A stretch of 64,000 nucleotides of DNA. Source: Candidatus Latescibacterota bacterium. Its GTDB lineage: Bacteria > Latescibacterota > UBA2968. The stretch's first letter is position 1. Each line of letters opens with the position of its first letter. Location of the stretch: assembly GCA_965198115.1 (NCBI GenBank), contig OZ240241.1, forward strand, positions 1,088,001-1,152,000. The letters are read 5' to 3'. Of the stretch, positions 60,523-64,000 are shown piece after piece. The notes under the pieces were generated by a model that saw nothing but the letters and a program-made list of their open reading frames with translations, was not told the origin of the DNA and did not search any database. The translations under genes were made by a program, and so were the position numbers.

Positions 60523-61683
60523 TTACCAGGGGCTCGATTTCGATGTGTCTACGTGGTCGGGCATCCTGTAACTGATTCCGTCGTCGTCGTACACCGAGAT
60601 TTGGAGAAGCTGAGTAAAATTTCCTGATCTGAGCAGTTGGCTGCTCTTCAGAAATCGCTGAAAACGTTGTTTCATCCGGTAACCGAACAGTGTTCCCAGC
60701 GTACTGGTCTTTGGAAACTGAAACTGGTCAGCGATTTTGTTTCCTATGAGTGCACGTGAAAGGCGGTAGGCCAAAATTGTCAACTCTTTCTGTTGAACTG
60801 GATCTTTTATATCCGCAACTGACGGAATGGCCTGGATCAACAGATTCGCCACGGCTATCGAATCGGCATCCGGTGGCGGCTCGCACATATAGCTGAGCCT
60901 GTATATTTTTTCTGCATCCGCGCCGTTGGTATATAGGATGGTTTCAGGTATCCCCATGAGATAGCCGGTGTAGCGCCAGACATCAAGAACACTCTTTTTT
61001 TCTTCCTGGTTAAAACTCGCGCCCACCAACATCGAGTATTCCAACAGGCGCTTGGAAAAGACGGAGATGGCAAAACCCAGGTGCGCCGCGCTTACCGGCA
61101 TGCCCCAAGTTTCGTGATTCCAATCGTCGGATTTCGCCAGCAGGCTCCTTATCTGAGCATGGATGAAGCGAATGCGCGTGGATAGCTTCCATCCATCGCC
61201 ATCTCTTTGCAAGCCGCCGGGGAAAAATATATCCATCATGTGACGGTTGTTCTGCTGGAGGCGTCTTTTGGTGGATGCCACTCGCCCGGTGATTCTGAAA
61301 GACTTGGCGATAAGCGTCGAAAAGCCTTCCACCAGCACCCCCGTAACGAACGCGACGAGCATGAGGTCTACATTTGCGTGGAAGGCGCGAATCCCTGGAC
61401 GAAAGGCTTCGTAGTCGAGCCAGGAAGGAGTTTCAGAGTCCAGTTTGTCGAAGACATCGCGCAGGACCTGCGGCGCAGCACGCAGAATCTCATACCGCTG
61501 CTCTATGCCAGCCCCGACGAACCGGTGCAGGTCACTACGAGGCAACGAGGCGAGCTCCTCCATCACTGGGTCCAGCATAGGATCACCCATGGTGGTGTGC
61601 TTGATATAATTGTCGGCAAGTTCTTGATCGTAGAGGCGGGCTTTCCGATAACCCTCAACGTACGCCAAAGGTGATCTTAGCAT
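60523..61683 (-). CDS. MpaB/Lcp-like (DUF2236, rubber-oxygenase-type) heme oxygenase
   Basis: MGDPMLD, PSWLD, TRIRFIHAQIR (heme His), WGMPVS, WRYTGYLMGI. Confidence 0.8.
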   Translation of the reverse strand: MLRSPLAYVEGYRKARLYDQELADNYIKHTTMGDPMLDPVMEELASLPRSDLHRFVGAGIEQRYEILRAAPQVLRDVFDKLDSETPSWLDYEAFRPGIRAFHANVDLMLVAFVTGVLVEGFSTLIAKSFRITGRVASTKRRLQQNNRHMMDIFFPGGLQRDGDGWKLSTRIRFIHAQIRSLLAKSDDWNHETWGMPVSAAHLGFAISVFSKRLLEYSMLVGASFNQEEKKSVLDVWRYTGYLMGIPETILYTNGADAEKIYRLSYMCEPPPDADSIAVANLLIQAIPSVADIKDPVQQKELTILAYRLSRALIGNKIADQFQFPKTSTLGTLFGYRMKQRFQRFLKSSQLLRSGNFTQLLQISVYDDDGISYRMPDHVDTSKSSPW

Positions 61684-61698
61684 TTTTCAATCTCCCGA

Positions 61699-64000
61699 TG
61701 ATCTTCCCCCAAACTTAGTGCATGGTTTCATAAACATTATTACGTATGTTCTGAACATTATTTGTAGCTTATGTTCTCCTTCAAAAGGAGGAGAACAATG
61801 CCAAGACGTTCGCCTTATGTGGTGCTACTGTCTGAGAAGGAACGGGTCGACCTCGAGCGAATGGCTGGACAATATACGTTACCGTATTATCAAGTGATCC
61901 GATCGAAAATCGTGCTTCTCGCCGCCGAGGGATTATCCAACAAGATTATCGCCCAACGGTTGGATGTCCCGCGTCCGATCGTAAGCAAATGGCGTAAGCG
62001 CTTTTTCGAAGAGCGTCTTTCGGGACTCGAAGATAGATCTCGTCCCGGGCGCCCGCCCGGTTTTCCCCCCTCAGGTGGTCGTTCAGATCAAGGCGCTGGC
62101 GTGTGAACTACCGAGCGAGAGCGGGATACCGCTCTCGCGGTCCAGCTGTTCCGAGATTGCCGCCGAGGCAGTGCAAAGGGGCTTCGTTGCCAAGATCAGC
62201 GGCGCCACTGTCTGGCGCTGGTTGAACGAGGACGCGATTCGTCCTTGGTATCATCGCTCCTGGATTTTCCCACGGGACCCGGACTTCCAAACCAAAGCAG
62301 GTAGAGTCCTTGATCTGTATCACCGCCAATGGCAAGGAAAGCCTTTAGGGCCGAGGGAATATGTACTTTCTGCCGACGAAAAGACCAGTATTCAAGCACG
62401 AGCTCGCAAGCACGTTACCCTACCGCCAGCCTCGAACAGAGCGGCACGCGTTGAAACACGAATACGAGCGGAAAGGAGCCCTGGCCTATCTGGCTGCTCT
62501 CGACGTGCACAATGGTCGAATCTTCGGTCTCTGTGAGTCTTCTTCGGGTATCGAGCCCTTCAACCGGCTCCTGAGCCTGATCATGAGCCGGAAACCCTAT
62601 TGCTCGGCAAAGAAAGTCTACCTCATCGTGGATAATGGCTCCTCGCACCGAGGGCAAACATGCATCGACCGTATCCAGGGGAAGTGGCCAAACATCCACC
62701 CCGTTCACCTTCCGATCCACGCAAGCTGGCTCAATCAGATCGAGATCTACTTCTCGATCCTCAAACGCAAGGCTCTGACACCTATCGAATTTGCATCGCT
62801 CGAAGAGCTTGAGGCAAGAATCCTCGGTTTTCAGGAACGCTACGGACGTATCGCCACACCCTTCAAATGGAAGTTCACACGAACAGATCTCGCGGAGATG
62901 ATCGACAAACTCAGGTTCTACGATACGCCCTTGGCAAAGTCTGCTTAGAATACGTCACCGTATTTGAGAACAGGAGTACTAAGTTCCGACTTCCAGAGTG
63001 AGGAATTGATCGAATTATCCCCGCCGTCGTGACTGTGGGAAAGTGGGAAACTCGAAGAGTTTTCCAAGGTCGCGGAGCGACCGGCTTTTCCACAGCCCCT
63101 CTCGCCCACCAAACGGAACTGCTCTGGACTGTGAAAGTCTAGCGAACTGTGGGGACGGACCGTGTTGTAGTGGATCCGCCAGGCCTCGATGCTGCGTCGG
63201 GCATCGGCGAGATCGACGAACCAGTGTTCGTTCAGGCACGCATCGCGGAACTTGCCGTTGAAGCTCTCCACCAGCGCGTTCTGAATCGGCTTCCCAGGCT
63301 GGATGAACCGCAACTGGACGCCGGTTTGCTGGGACCAGAGGAACATCGCCTTGCTGGTGAACTCCGGCCCGTTATCGGTGACGATGGCTTCTGGACGAGC
63401 CCGTTGCAAGACCACCTGATCCAGGAAACGACTGACGCGTTCGCCGGAAATCGAGAAATCCACCATCTGGCCGATGCATTCCCGGCTGTAGTCGTCTACG
63501 ACGTTCAGAATGCGGAAGCGCCGCCCCGTCGCTAGCTGATCCGACATGAAGTCCATCGACCACCGCTGATTCGGTCCGCCTGGAATCGGCTTGGGAACCC
63601 GGTCGCGTGCCGGCAGGCGTTTCCGCCGCTTGCACCGGACCTGGAGCCTCTCCTCCCGGTAGATTCGATACGTTTTCTTCTCGTTCACGACCAAGCCCTC
63701 CGTCTTCAACATTCCGTGCAGCATCTGGTATCCATACCGTGGGAACTCCGTTGCCAACGCTTTGAGCCTCTCCCGAAGAGCTGTATCACTTCCACGACCA
63801 GGTTGGCAACGAGCCACCGATCGGTGAACTCCGATGAGTCGGCAGGCCCGTCGCTGGCTCGACTTTCCCAGCTCGACCAGATGGGCGACAGCTCGGCGGC
63901 GTGCAACAGGCCCTACCAGTTTTTTGACAGCAGTTCCTTTAGCGCAGCGTTATCCAAGTGCGCTTCGGCCAGCAACTGCTTCAGCTTCCAGTTCTCGGTC
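61699..64000 (-). mobile_element. IS3-family element (orfA end at 63913, AAAAAAC -1 frameshift, orfB), with its right IR split by IS630; left end outside the window
   Basis: LLSKNW*, RYGY, WSMDF, TDNGPEF, QNALVESFNG; IR pieces TGATCTTCCCCCAAACT (61699) and AGTTCCGAC (62982). Confidence 0.9.
61716..62981 (+). mobile_element. IS630-family element (HTH orfA 61798-62106, TTTTCCCCCC frameshift site, DDE orfB with an extra A near 62455)
   Basis: ADEKT, VDNGSSH, HASWLNQIE; TA-flanked imperfect IRs. Confidence 0.92.

Noticed and set aside
63019-63097. CTGTGG(G)AAA..TTTCC(C)ACAG palindromic element as a novel RNA
   Set aside because: Lies inside the IS3 3' region in a single copy; such palindromes are common near IS ends.

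Overview
High-GC bacterial chromosome segment. Paired flagellins, selenoproteins and a dockerin/EF-hand-tailed secreted protein suggest a Latescibacterota-like lineage (inference only). 1-30.4 kb is core genome: a Sec-containing formate dehydrogenase with fdhD and pepP; two divergent sigma28-type flagellin genes flanking an AmmeMemoRadiSam enzyme; a candidate dif site at 10162-10189, close to where gene orientation converges; then gcvT, leuS, asnS, ald, an M16 peptidase, the rimP-nusA-infB-rbfA-truB-ribF-rpsO-pnp operon, der and a DUF512 gene. From the 3' half of a tRNA-Gly(CCC) att site at 30.5 kb and its tyrosine integrase onward lies a heavily eroded accessory region. It holds a broken type ISP restriction-modification gene, an SNF2 helicase fragment, many IS256/IS21/IS200/IS1/IS630/IS3 pieces, a TlpA + DUF6029-like + putative UxxC selenoprotein locus, a TonB-dependent receptor, and an isoprenoid-flavoured MpaB/MMPL/LolA-like/beta-barrel/squalene-synthase/ispH cluster. 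Best novel candidate: an unannotated ~70-nt RNA (5066-5137, minus strand) with its own near-consensus sigma28 promoter and intrinsic terminator. Its 5' region is perfectly complementary to two sites in the 5' UTR of the neighbouring flagellin gene, suggesting an sRNA circuit that tunes one of two flagellins, while the other flagellin carries CsrA-type hairpins. All calls come from reading the sequence by eye; no searches were run.
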